This document shows positions 50,688-63,900 of a stretch of 64,000 nucleotides of DNA, piece by piece (the stretch's first letter is position 1; the number at the start of each line of letters is the position of its first letter). A program made the position numbers and the translations under genes. The DNA comes from Basidiobolus meristosporus CBS 931.73 (lineage: Eukaryota > Fungi > Basidiobolomycota), in contig MCFE01000051.1 in NCBI GenBank assembly GCA_002104905.1, forward strand, positions 1-64,000, in the 5' to 3' direction. Under the pieces are notes generated by a model that worked only from the letters and a program-made list of their open reading frames with translations, was not told where the DNA came from and did no database searches.

Positions 50688-51733
50688 AGTTATGAGCCCC
50701 AATCTGTCACTCTCTGCAATGTTTATAACTGCAACTACTGGAACCTTTCCCTCTGATGAAAAGTTGGATGGACCCAAATAGCAAGTCTGGAAGGTGAAGA
50801 TGAAGATATGGCTACAGGAAAGAGGCCTTTGGGATATTGTTATGGGAGAAGAATGCCCACTTAAAAACACTGGAGAAGAAGCCTTTAAAAATTTTGGAAG
50901 AAAGAACAAAGTGCCTTTAACTGCATTTGCCTTGATGCTAAAGACACATTGCTAATCCAAAGATCACAAGTAGAAACAGCAAAGAATACTTACAAGGCCT
51001 TAGAAGACGCCTACTAATCATGTTCAGCTATTAAGACAATGCATCTTAGACAAAAATTCTCTACTGCAAATATGCTCCCAGCAGCAGAAATGAAAAATAT
51101 ACTAATAGATCCACTCCTCTGGTTGATGAGATGGAATCCCTGAATGTAAAACTACTAATGAAGCTGTGGTAGTTACCCTTTTGAATAGCCTCATAGATGC
51201 ACTTTGGGGCCTTGTAGTGGCTCCAGAATATAAAACTGAAGATTTGACCTTAGATTACCTATATGGAAGGCTCCTGGATGGGGAATTAAGAAAATCAAGT
51301 GCTAAAAAGAAGGAAGAAGAAAATACTTTAATAAGTAACAATAACCACCAACAAAGGTACTCAAGAACCTTGAAAGGCAGCAGCAACCTGTTTTGCAGCT
51401 ACTACAAAAGGAAAGTACACACATTAAACCATTACCTCAAAAAGAGAGATAATCAGCAACAAAAGCCTGAATATGGAAATGCTGCAACAACTGAAGATAG
51501 ACTATTCATATCTGCACTAAGTGAGACTACCAACAAGGACTCTCAGATGTGGTATATTAAATCTGGAGCATCTGAACACTTTACACACCATAAAGAACTT
51601 TTCAGCCAATATTGAGAAATTGTAATCAAGAGGGTTTTCATGGGTAAAAATAGAACACCAGATGTAGTTGGAGAAGTAATTCTCCAAGTAAGCCTCACAA
51701 GCAGTGAAGTATGTCACACACTCACCTTCAAAG

Positions 51734-52081
51734 TGTTGCAATTTTCTGAGGAGTATTGGAAGTGGTGTAGAGAACCAGAGGATTTACAAATAATTCACTT
51801 GTAAATGTATTGATCAAAATTATGGTATTTGTACTTTTGATAAAGTAAAGCAAACAGAAGTGTAGGGTTTGTTAAGGAAGACTCCAAGAGTATGTGTGCA
51901 AAGTGTGGGGTCCTTTGGATGACTTTGAGAAAAATATAATATGGGTATCTTACACTTTGGTGAAAATATTCTTAGTAAATCCCAAAAAGAAATTTGGTCA
52001 GCACAGAATGCTAATCCCAGAATAAGATCTATTTGACTAAGTTAGCATGAATATTTAGGTGATAACTCAACAATTCCAACC
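51734..52081 (-). mobile_element. Solo copia LTR B inserted in element 1 with 5-bp TSD CAAAG
   Basis: 348 bp, diverged copy of the same LTR family; CAAAG at 51729-51733 and 52082-52086. Confidence 0.85.
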
Positions 52082-52869
52082 CAAAGAAGTATGCCATGTA
52101 CCAGCCATAGCCAAGAACATACATCTGTAAGCAAGGTCACAGCAGAAAGACTCAGTTTCAGCTTGACAATTCCAGATACAGATCACTGCTCAAAATGGTG
52201 CCCATATTGCTCTGGGTATCAGTGATCAACATCTATGCAGGCTGACTTATATTCCATCATATCTGGAAGCAAATAAAAGTAATTTAAATGAAGTAACATT
52301 AATGCTTTGGCACAGGGGATTGGACATATCAATTTTGATTATTTGTACAAAATGATCATAGATCAGCTAATTTCCGGAGTAAAAACTGATCCCCTGGCTA
52401 ATTTAGAGCACTGTGAAGTCTGCATATATGGGAAACAAGCCAGACAACTGCTCAAGAGCTCCAGGCCAATCAAAAGTAAGAAAAAATTAGATCTAATTCA
52501 CTCAGATTTGTGTGGACCTAAGCAAAATTTATCCCTTTATATAGATGATTATACAAGATACGCATGGGTTTACTTCATGGAAAGAAAGGAAGAAGCTCTG
52601 TCTAAGCTGAGGGAGTCTAAAGCCATGGTGGAGAGAAAAATTGATGAAAAAACCAAGAAGATGAACACTGACAATAGTGAAAAATATACCTCAAAGCTCT
52701 TCACCCACTTGTGCAAGATTTATGGGATGAGGCAAGAGACTACTGTACCATACTACCCACAGCAAAATGAAGTATCAGAGCATGCTAACAGATCAATAAT
52801 TGATATGGCAAGGTCTATGATCCAAGATCAAAAATTATCCCATAATTTTTGGACAGAATCAGTTGGTAC

Positions 52870-53012
52870 TGTGATCATCACATGACATCCCTGGTCTATG
52901 ATGATCAAGCCAAATCAAGTTTGTGAAGATATCCCAATTCCTGCCAGAGCATTCTACTACATTCTAGCAACTTCTTGAGAGCTCCATGTCAGTATTACAC
53001 AATGGCACATTC
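52870..53012 (+). mobile_element. 5' fragment of a gypsy-type LTR
   Basis: Aligns by eye to 59723-59865 (AAGCCAAATCAAG...TTCTACTA.ATTCTAGCAACTT). Confidence 0.65.
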
Positions 53013-54800
53013 TGTTGTATGAATCTTGGAGATATGGAAGTGATTGGGAGAACAAGTAGATTATGTGTTTTTCACTTGATGATTCATTAAATGTAAAAGT
53101 AGTATGTATACTTGTACCCAATATTGGTATAAAAATCCCATAGAATATGTTTAGGATGGTCCCAAGAACATATGTACAAATATTGGGGCTCTTTGGACAA
53201 CTCAGAATGTTTTCACCAAAACTTCAGGTACTGCAACATGAGAATTCTCAAAGTAAATCCCAATCAGGAATTTGGTCAGTATTCTCTGAGATTTGTAGGT
53301 GATGCCTTAAGTGACTAATTTAGGTGAAAATATAGGTCAAATTACAAATTTTTTCAACACTCCCACTCAACTAAGTGCTCATACTGACTAGTCCTAATTG
53401 TGACCTAGGATATTTAAATTTGTCTCCAACTAATAGGCTAATAAATATGTCTGTAATCATTTCATCTGTAGAACAGTAAACTAGGTTAACTAAGTTACTC
53501 TCTATAGCTTCAAGTATGAAATGATATCTAATATATAGGTGCTTGGTTCCAGCATGAAAAGTTGGATTTCTACCACATTGCCTGTTTGTAGCTTCACAGG
53601 CTGCCATATACTCTGCCTCTGTGGTGGAAAGTGCTCAGGTTGGCTGCTTTCTTGAATTCCATGAAATTGCACCTTTACAGTAACAAAAGGTGTATCCTGT
53701 AATGGATCTTCTGTCTTCTAAATGTCATTCCCAATCACCATCAGAGTATCCCACAAGATCCTATTCTGATCCCTATAGGTGCAACTTAAGCTGATATCAA
53801 CAGCTCTTTTTAGGTATCTGAAAATCAGCTTAACTGCTACATTTTGACCAGATCCATAATTTGGATTATGCTGGCTGACAGCTCCCACTGAATATGAGAT
53901 ATCTGGACATGTTCCAAGCATAAAATACATCTAACAGCCAAACATAGACTGGTAAGGGAATTCTGAGCTTGCAGATGGCACCAAGCTCACTTGATATGGT
54001 GGAGTTTTGACAAAGTTGAGGTTAGTCTCCACTGGGGTAGCTGCCAGTTTACTGTCATCCATTTGGTACTTCTTATATACTTTATGAGTATAATTAGATT
54101 GGCTTAGGGTAATAGTTAAGGTATTTCTGTCTATGGAGAACTTTATCCCTAAGTGGTCACTGAGCTCTCCTAGATTGGACATCCTGAACTCCTTAGATAA
54201 GCTGTAATTACTCCCTGCTAATGTTTCTTGGCTATTGGTAGTTATAATTAGAGCATCCACATAGAGTGCTTATAGAACTAGGTTTGGCCTACCTGGCTTA
54301 CAGTGGATAGTAAAGTCAGCAGTACTCCTTTAGAAACTCAAAAATTCCAAATATGAATCTATCTTGCACTTTCAGGCAAATGGTGATTGTTTGCAACTGT
54401 ATAGAGATTTTTAAGCTTGCAGACAAAATGGGGGTTATCTTGGTCAACTGACCTGTCAGGCTAGTTCATGTAGATGTCTTCAAAATGTTCTCCATTCAAG
54501 ATGTTGATTTTATATCCATATAATGAATAAATAACTTAAATTTAGCTACAATAGCTAATATTAGTCTGATGGAAAAAACTTGGCTACTGGTGCAAATGTC
54601 TCAGTATAGTCAAGTCCTTTTGTCTGAGAATATCCTTTGGCCACAAGTCTTACTTTGTATCTTTCAATTGTACCATCAGCCTTATATGTGGTCTTGAAGA
54701 TCCATCTGCATCTAATTGATTTTTGATTGATTGTTAATCTGACCAAGTCCCAAGTCTGATATTCCATTAGGGCCTGATATTCCTCAGTCACCCTATGGGA
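53013..54800 (-). mobile_element. Degenerate Ty1/copia element 2: RT, RNase H, PPT and 3' LTR C (53013-53359)
   Basis: [44 protein letters not shown]; YMLGTCPDISYSV; RNase H STTEAEYMAACEA...TKHLYIRYHF. PPT GAGTGGGAG abuts the TGTTG..CAACA LTR. Confidence 0.92.
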
Positions 54801-55072
54801 AATAATTGTGATGATCCTGTTAAAAGGCTGTCACAAATTTAAGGTCCCATGACCAAGATGTATTGATTCCATCAGGATACTGCAAAGACTGTCAAATAGA
54901 AATGCACCCCAGATTTCACAAGAAACTTGGTCAAAAATTTTCATCACAACAATACATAAGTGGCTTTTGATTGGTTCTACACCAATTCTCTCACTTTCTA
55001 ATATTGGACACTAAATCACCTCCTACATTTTTAAACTTTGATTGGCTATTGACTCTTTTTCACACTCCATAC

Positions 55073-55421
55073 TGTTGTAAGAGTCTTGGAGATATTGGAA
55101 GTGATTTGGAGAACAAGTAGATTATGTGGTTTTCACTTAATGATTTATTGAATGTAAAAGTAGTATTTATACTTTTACATGGTCTTAGCATTACAAACAC
55201 ATAGAATCGGTTAAGGAAGGTCCCAAGAACATGTGTGCAAAATCTGGGGCTGTTTGGACAACTTTGAGAATTTTCATGTTCTGGGTACCTGGTATTTTGG
55301 TGAAAATATTCCAAGTAAATCCCAACAAGGAATTTGGTCAGTATTCTCTAGGATATGAAGGTAATGATCTAAGTGACTAAGTTAGGTGAATATTTAGGTG
55401 GAAATACAAATTTTTACAGCA
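55073..55421 (-). mobile_element. Copia LTR D (probably solo)
   Basis: 349 bp, close to LTR A; flanks CATAC / CTTAC (4 of 5 TSD match); no PBS or gag follows. Confidence 0.8.
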
Positions 55422-56868
55422 CTTACTTCCTGACTTAACCATTTCTCTTGTTTTCATGCATACCAAAAGATTATTTCTGTTGAAACTTCAGTTGTATCTC
55501 AACTGCTAGTTATATTGACCTATAGAAGTCCTTATACCCTACACTAACACCAGGCCCAACCCCACACTGTACAAGTAGCTTCATTAAAATCCACCACTTA
55601 ATAAGTATTTCTGCTGTCACACTCTGTTTCCATGACTTTGGTGGGAACCCTATGGCATAATGCCACTGTTAATTCACTGGTTCCATACATCCTGGTCTTC
55701 AGCCAGCACTGCAAGGTCTAGCACCTCATTTGCCAGTCTTTGCAATAAATCCTGGCATTACTCAAGTGCATTTTCTTGGGTACTGCTCTTGAAGAGGTGC
55801 TGCAACCTCTTGATATGCCTATTGATGTTCCAAGATTCCACTGAAGGCATTGTTGTATTCTTTGAGTTCTTGACATTGTTACCTTGTCTGTAAGTTGGAC
55901 CCCCACTCTGTCAACAATGGAGGATGTTGAGGCTGTGGTAGATAAATTGCCTTTCTCTGCTAAATCATCTACCTCTCTGCAGTGTAGTTCAACTGGATAC
56001 ACTTCCAACACTTGCAAGAACTGCTGTTTTCTTGTTGGTAATTCTTCTTGGCTATGACAGGATTCAATCTGTAACTGATTTAAGGCATTAGTTGGCAAGA
56101 ACTGCATCATTTCTCTTACACTCCCCTGTCTCTAGCTAAGGTAGACCTTTTTCCCTTTACCTTTTCATTTATCATTGACAGGTCATTCACTGCTACATTG
56201 TCTGAGTGCTTCTTGTATTGAGCAACATTTTCTCCTCAATAAATGCTGCTCTGAGGCATCTGTTTTGGCCTGCTTGTCCCTTGCTGGCACACTACATGCA
56301 ACCTGATGTTTCTTTCTGCAGGTTTTGAGCTCTCAGCTGTAGTTGTGGCTTCTGAGGTAGCCACTAGTTTTGGGCACTAACAGGTCCTTCACTGCTACTT
56401 TGACTGAGTGCTTCTTGAGTGAAACCATGCTTTTTCCTTGATAAATGTCTTGCTGGTGAATCTGTAACTGCTTGCTTGTCCTTGTTGACACTTTTCCAGC
56501 CACCTGATCTCTCTTTGATGCTTGTTTAGAGCTTTTGGCCCTGCTTATAACAGGCTCTTAAGGAAGACGCTGGTCTTTAACCATTGCACCCTAGTTCTTC
56601 TCCCTTTGATAGTTACTGCTATTCTTGAGATACTTTCTTAGTACACGTATGTTGGCCCAAAATTTGCTTACTGGTTTGAATCCATGACAATGCTCATGGA
56701 ACAAGTCATGTGCATTCTGCTTGGCCTTAAGTTCCTGATGGTATCATGGTATGCCAGCCTTAAGGTGATGATATGCTGAACTTCCTACAGCCTCTTGAAT
56801 ATTGGCCCACTCTTCATTATTGTATACAATGGCTTTGGGAATCTTTAATGTCTTTTGATCTTTAGGCT

Positions 56869-58330
56869 TTGGTAACTTACAGCCAAGAGACTGTCCTGAT
56901 TCCAGCATGTGTTAATAGTTGCATGGCATTTGCATCCAAAAATGCCACCATTGCAACATGTTCAAGTTGTCAAGTATCAACTGCCATTGAGGGAAAACAT
57001 TGTTCACACTCCGGATATATTCCGGCTATACCCCATTTAAAGAAGCTCATGCAGTCCAACAAATATTGGAAAGCTATCAAGTACTGCACTCAGTATCAAT
57101 CAAGTGCAAATATATCCAATATATTTGATGGCAAACATTACAAACAGTTAAGAAACAAGGGCTGCTTTGAAGGTATGTATGGCCATGCCTTTGCCCTAGC
57201 ACTTGAAGGATTCCATTGAACCAGTACTCTACCAGCAAATCCTGCTGGCCACTGATTCTCATCAACCTGAATTTGCCACCTATCTTGTGGCAACAGAGCA
57301 AAAATCTGATCATAGTCTCACTGGTATCTGGGCCTAAATAGCTGTCTAACCAGGATAGCTATCTGTTTCCATTGCTGGATGAATTTTGTATGCTTTCCAG
57401 CAGAATAACGGTGAATGGCCATCATGTCAAAGAGCATATTATCATCTGCATTGGAGATACACCAGCCATCAGCAAGATAGCTTGCTTTTCTGGGCACAAT
57501 GGATGGTATTGCTGTTAAATGTGTGTGATACAGGGGATTTATTCCATAACTTGCACACATTATTATTACACAAACACCAACACTAATAACATCATACACC
57601 CACAGAGAGAACATACAGAAGTTAGCATGCAATTGCAGAAAAGTTGGCAAGCTATAAGCCATTGGCCTGAATATGGAATCAATTGGAAACCAGGGGTAAC
57701 TTCAAATAGAGCATATCTGTTGGAGCAAAAGCTTTCCACTGGGAGCAATGCATTTACTTTTCAACAATATCCCTATACTGGCAACTAAGTTGAACATGGG
57801 GCATGTCAAGCTAAATGAGCCCTTCAAGATACTGGAGAAATTTGACTGAATTGGCAAGATATTGCAGAGTATCTGCTACCCTAAGTACTTCTCATAGGCT
57901 CCAATCAATATTCATGTGTATATGCAACAATTTAAATGCAAAGACTGGATGAACTGGATATGTATTTATTCATGCAGCATTACAAAGTCATTCCTACCAA
58001 GAGTACATAGGAAGCATTGGAATTATATGTGGACATTGTAGCAATATTTATCCAGAAGCAGATCAGCAATGCCAACTTGACACAACCTCAGCTGTTGTGC
58101 AAGGAGTTTGTAACAAGATTTGAGTGGCTATACCACAAAGATAAAGCTGAACATGTAGATCTATGCTGCTACTGTATCCATTCCCTACTCAATCTTGCTT
58201 GGTGTGCAGAGAATATTGGGCCTGCTTCACCTTTTGGGAGTTTCCTATGGAGCAGATGTCCAGGGAGATAGGAAGATGAGTCAAGTTACAGGTACTGCCA
58301 TGCCCCAATCTCATCAAGAATATTACCTTC
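56869..58330 (+). pseudogene. CACTA/EnSpm (Tnp2, Transposase_21-like) transposase remnant
   Basis: YIPAIPHL..., IFDGKHYKQL, ALALEGF, CWPLILINLNLPP...SGPK, DSYLFPLLDE, GDTPAISKI...GHNG, FEWLY...IHSLL.LA...NIGP. Frameshifted. Confidence 0.75.
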
Positions 58331-59722
58331 AAGTCCATAATGGATGTGATGAGCTGGTACATGGAGGACAGCCAGGAAGAGTTGGCAAATGTTGTGGACA
58401 GATGTAAGCATGGAGACACCTATGCCTATGGAATTAAGAAGCTAAGCAGCCACAATACATGGGTAATCAGTTAAGTAGTGCAAAGTTGGGATGGGAGCAA
58501 CAAGCAACTGACTTTTATTAGGAAAGCTCTACCAAAGGATGCCAGGTTTCTTGTGGTGACAAGCCAGCTTCTGTTGAGTTGTATTATGATTAGTTTAGGG
58601 CTTGCTCTACAATGTAGAATCTAATCAACAATATACAATAACTTCCAGTATGCTAGTACTGAAATAGTTTAATGAGAGTTTGATGTACCAATACAAGATA
58701 TAAATTTCACTAATATCCTCAATCTTAGGCTCAGAATAAACTGTAGACAGTGTTTCTCACTTGTACAGCAGTGTTCTGACCTTCTGTCAGCTATTAGGAT
58801 TACTTACTGCAAAGTAACTTTTCCTTATTAGGAAGTCACTTTCCTTTCTGATATAACATTTTGTAATACAGAAATTCTGAGCTCTCCTTCAACCTAAAGG
58901 GGTGTGGTGTAGAAGTCTCTGAAGGGGTCTTTAGACCTAAAGGGCGCTTTAGAGTAAAGAGGTTTTTTAGAGAGGACTTCTCTGACAGAAAAGTGGTAGT
59001 TTACTTGTATAACTTAGATTGGATTCTTGTGTGCTTTGTAGTCTCTTTACTCATGTAGTACCAATCAAAGTCAGAGTATTCAACAGTGCAAGTGATGCAG
59101 GGGAAGTTGTATAACATTCAAACTTGTAATTATAGTATGGAGATTCTGGAAAGAAAGATTCTCTTTTATTTTTCAGTAGGGAAGTCATGTATAGGAAAAT
59201 TCCGAGCAATCAAGGTTTTTGAACAATTGCTCAGACAATACATGTGATACAAAGCTAATATTTGCCAGTTGTGCAGATCAGATATAGGTGCAGGGCTTGT
59301 GAGAATTTCATGTTACTTGCTTGGCTGGATCAAAAGTTACATGCAATCAAAGTCACCATAGTAATCATAGCAATAAAGGCATAGCATATAAGGTAATTGG
59401 ACTCTTTTGATCATAACTCCTTACATACTGCTTCAAATGTGCTACAATTTGAAACATGTGTTGGCTACTGCATGTTCTGCACGGCAGATAATTCTTGGGT
59501 GGATTGCTTGCCAGGGTGTTGAGCTTTTGCTCTTCAAACTTGGATTTTCTTTATCTTTCATTTGTGTACTACAATAGCAAAAGCAAAATAAGGAAAGGAG
59601 TGCCATATTAGTTTTGGGATATTGTAGTAATGGAATATTTTCCATTATCACACTTCTACAACATTCAACACAGAATTCACATAAACAAGAGCCAGAGCAC
59701 ACCTGTAAGGGGGACTAGAATC

Positions 59723-60601
59723 TGTCATGATCCCACATCACCCCTGACCTCCAATTACAAAGCCAAATCAAGTCCGCAAAGAAATCCAAGTTCCTTCTAG
59801 AAAGTTCTACTATATTCTAGCAACTTTTTGAAATCTCCAAGTTGCTTTACACAGCAGAACATTCTATGGAAGCTTCCCCTTGGAGTTCATGTAGTCCCTT
59901 ACCCTATATGGAAATTACATACCATATTGCCTGGTTATATGATCAGCCAACCCTTGACATATCCCCATGCAATGCTCTAGTTTGTTCTTTGGTTTATTTC
60001 TATCTTGGCACACTTATTGTGCCTCACCCTAGAACCCCATCTATATTAGGCAATATCTGTTGGCATCCATATTGTCAAAGAGTACATATAGTCCTATCCC
60101 CCCTTATGTATTCCTCAGTCTGATAAACACATGTCTTGAATAAACAGCCTTGCCTTGGAAATCTGCCTTGCCTTGATGATTGACTCATAAGTCCTTTCCT
60201 GGCCCTGCCTTGCCTAGCCCTACTCTACAGCCTTGTGACTATACATAACAGCTTTGTCAGACTACCCTTGACTTACCTATGGATCTCTACCTTCTACCCA
60301 AAGTTCTTGAGAAGAACTTGTAAAGGAATACCTACCGTAAGTATCACCCTGAATCTCTCCCTAGTCTTGTACTCTAAAGGCAAAGATACTTTACCTTTGT
60401 AAGATTATTGGCCCAAGCTGCATTCACCTTATTACCCTGCCGGTGTAGTTTTCAGTTGTTACAGTATTGGAAGCTTTAGTACAATACTCTATCAAAGGAT
60501 GTTAAAGCCAGTACCTTCTGAAGTGATGCTAACTTATTCAAAGTTGGGGATTGTAGCTCAATAATTGTATTCTTGACAAACTAGTGGCTTTATAACCCAC
60601 A
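59723..60601 (+). mobile_element. Gypsy-type LTR/leader segment
   Basis: Starts TGTCATG; its last about 290 bp (60320-60601) are homologous to 61350-61638, the leader of the downstream gypsy element. No TSD found. Confidence 0.55.
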
Positions 60602-60939
60602 TATTAGCTAGTAGTATTTAGTATTCCTGAACAAGCTCAAGAAACCTCTCCATCTCCTGCTACCCCAACATGTCCAGTCTAGAATATAAATTTGCAAGCA
60701 TTGTAGTGGGGTCACAGTGACACCCACTGACAGATGTGCTCATTCCCATGCTTTCTACTTCCCTATTTCTCTACTACACTAATTTTAGTTTTATCCCATT
60801 TACCTTGCCTGATCAGTACTATTCCATAAGCTGGTTGACTATCACACCTGCTTACCTTATTGCATAAGTTATCCCCCACTTTATGTAATATTACTAGCAG
60901 TAAGTGCTTATATAGTAGGCAAGTACCTGCACCGGCACC

Positions 60940-63900
60940 TGTGACACATGATCAACCTGTGTCACCATCCCACCATTTTCATACCATATAGGGTATCCCT
61001 ATGTTACAGAGGTTTCAGAGTACTGATTCCTGATTGGTTGGATTTGCTGTGCCTCTTAGAACCTTCTGGCACCTGCTTAGAACATTCTCAGGTTATTCTG
61101 ATGTCATTAAGATTTCTATTGATATCCAGAACCTTCTGGAACATCATGATTAGTAATCACTTAGTCAATAAGAAAAGTATATAAGGGAGGCTATCTCTTA
61201 ACATTAAATTATCATCCCTTTTATCAATATACTGACTTACTGATTAGTGTGATCACTGCTACCTGCTGCTACCTAAGCTTCCAACCCCAGACCACAGGAA
61301 ACTCCCAGAAAACCACATTGACAGCCAACTGACCTTGGAGGCACTACCTGTGAGGAATACTCAGAGTAGGTATCTTTTATTATATTTGATTCTTTCCCAA
61401 GCTTGTTCTTGTACAGGCAAAGATACTTTTCTGTCCTTGCTACTATTGACCACAGCTGCATTCTTATCAAGTCCCTGCTGGTGGAGTTTACAGTTGTTTT
61501 GACTTTGGAAGCTTTAGTACATTGTCATCTCAAAGGATGGTGAACTCAGCACATACTTTTGTTAAGATGCCAAATAAGTTGGGGATTATAGCTCAGTAGT
61601 TTTCCCCTGACAAGCTTGTGGCTTTATTCCTCATCACATTAGATTAGAGACAGAGCCAAAGTATCCCTAGCAAGCTTTTGCCAGCGGTTATTGCACCCAG
61701 TGAACACCCCACACACAAAACACTTGAGAAGTGTTGGATGCATCTCTCCCTTGGACCTATACACTACCACAGTGTCATGCCTGCCTTTGCCCAGCTGCAA
61801 CAAGACAATGGAACTGCCCTGAAATGGTTCTCCCCTCTGGTGGAAACCAACTCCCCCCTACTCAGTGACTACCATGCCTTCCTCAGAGAAGTGGATCTAA
61901 CATTTGACAACATTGACCAAGCCAGAACTGCTGCCAACAAGATCAAGAACTTGCAGCAAGGAAACAGACCTCCATCTGCCTATGCTTCTAATTCCACCTA
62001 CTAGTCAGTGACTTGAGTCTTTGGGATGATGCTGCCCTAATTAGTCAGTTTCAAGATAGACACAATGAAGTCAGTGACCTACTACCCACACTCCCTAACC
62101 CAACTACCTTGGGTGAAGCTATACATCAAGCAATCCAATGTGACAATCACCTTTTCCGGATGAAACAAAAGTTCCAACATACTTATCATCCAACCTCATT
62201 CCCAGTAATCCAGTCACCCAGTACTAAGCCTGATGATCATATGCAAATTGACAGTGCCAAATACACAAAACTTACAACAGAAGAAAGATCCAGACTTCAA
62301 CAGGCAAACCTCTGCCTTTACTGTGGCCAACCAGGCCATTTTACCAAGTCTTGTCCCAACAAGAAGTCCAGCTTCAAACTCCTGCAATTATTAAGTGAAC
62401 AGCCTTCTCCAGAGTTGTTGGAAAACTCCAGTGTCTGGTTACAGTGACAGGCTTGCAACTGGACTCTCCAATGAAAATTCAACACATTCAAGAAACATCA
62501 TACACTACCAAGTCCATCTAGTCCTTAAGAATACCTGTCAGCATCCATATCCCTGAATTCAGTCCTGTTCATGTCCTTGTCCTCATATACTCTGGTTCTT
62601 CCTCCAGTTCATTGACCAGTCCTTTGTCCAGAAGCACAAAATCCCCACTATCCTGAAATCCTGTCCTGTCCTGTCCAAGTAGAACTTATTAAAGCAAGAT
62701 CCCTCTCCTCTGGTGCTGTTACCTATGAGACATGTCTGCTCCAGCTGTCCAGTACTGGTCACCATGAGACACTAGCCTTTAACATCATCAACTCTCCCCC
62801 CTACTCATAGTCCTTGGAAGCTTATGTTTAGTCACCATAACCCAGTTATCAACTGAAAGACCAAAACCCTGATATTTCCCAGAGTCCATCAGGTCAACTC
62901 CATGAAAGCATTTGACTTCTCAAGTGAAGAAGTGTCTTTCCCCAAGCTACCCCAGATGCAAGAACCCAGCATCAATGAAGGAACCCCCTTCAATGGAATA
63001 CCCACCAACTACCAAGAGTTTGCCCATGTCTTTGATAAGAAGAAAGCAGAGCTACTCCCAGCACATAGACCCTAAGACTGTCCCATTGACCTTGAAGATG
63101 GAAAGACCCCACCTTTGGCCCTATCTATAACCTTGTGCAACCTGAGTTGAAAGAACTTCATGACTATAGCCAGGAAAACCTCCAGAAAGGCTTATTCAGC
63201 ACTATAAGTCCCCAGCTGGTGCCCCAATCCTCTTTGTCAAAAAAAAGGATGGTACCCTAAGAATGTGTTGACTACCTGGCACTGAATAAGATCACAATCA
63301 AGAGCTGGTATCATTTGCCTCTGATCAACACCCTGTTGAATCAACACTCTGCTGCCAAAGTATTTACTAAAACTGACCTCAGAGGAGCATATAATCTTGT
63401 CAGGATCCAGCCAGGCAATGAAAGGAAAACTGCCTTCAGAACAAGATATGGTTGCTTTGAATATACAGCAATGTTACTTGGCCTCACCAATGCCCCGGTT
63501 GTCTATCCACACCTGATGAATGATACTTTCAGGGAGTACCTTGACCAATTTGTGGTTATCCACCCTGATGATATCCTGATCTACTTCAACACTCAAGATG
63601 AATATAATTCCCATGTGAAGAAAGTCTTGACTAAGCTTGACACCTCTGGCCTCTATGCCAAACTGAAAAATGTGAGTTTGTCCAGAAAGAAGTTGAGTTC
63701 CTAGGTTATCTTATAAGCTCAAATGGAACAAGAATGGATCCCAAGAAAGTAGAAGCCATCCAATCCTGACAAACTCCCTGCTCTGTAAAAGAAGTCTAAA
63801 CCTTCCTTGGATTTGCCAACTTCTACTGCAGATTTGTTGCCAACTACTCCAAGATAGTCACTCCCTTGACAAAGCTCATCCAGAAAGTCTGCCCTTTGCC

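Larger units (their letters stand above)
50262..52869 (+). mobile_element. Degenerate Ty1/copia element 1 (5' LTR, gag, protease, integrase; 3' part lost)
   Basis: Gag EKLDGP..VWKVKMKIWLQERGLWDIVMG; protease WYIKSGASEH; GAG-pre-integrase HCEVCIYGKQ; integrase LDLIHSDLCGP, YIDDYTRYAWVYF, PQQNEVSEHANRSI. Many stops. Confidence 0.92.

Noticed and set aside
59000-59720. Cys-rich minus-strand ORF (CSGSCLCEFCVECC...) suggesting a captured RING/IBR fragment
   Set aside because: Ligand spacing is not convincing, frames break quickly, and TpG excess from CpG decay inflates Cys codons.
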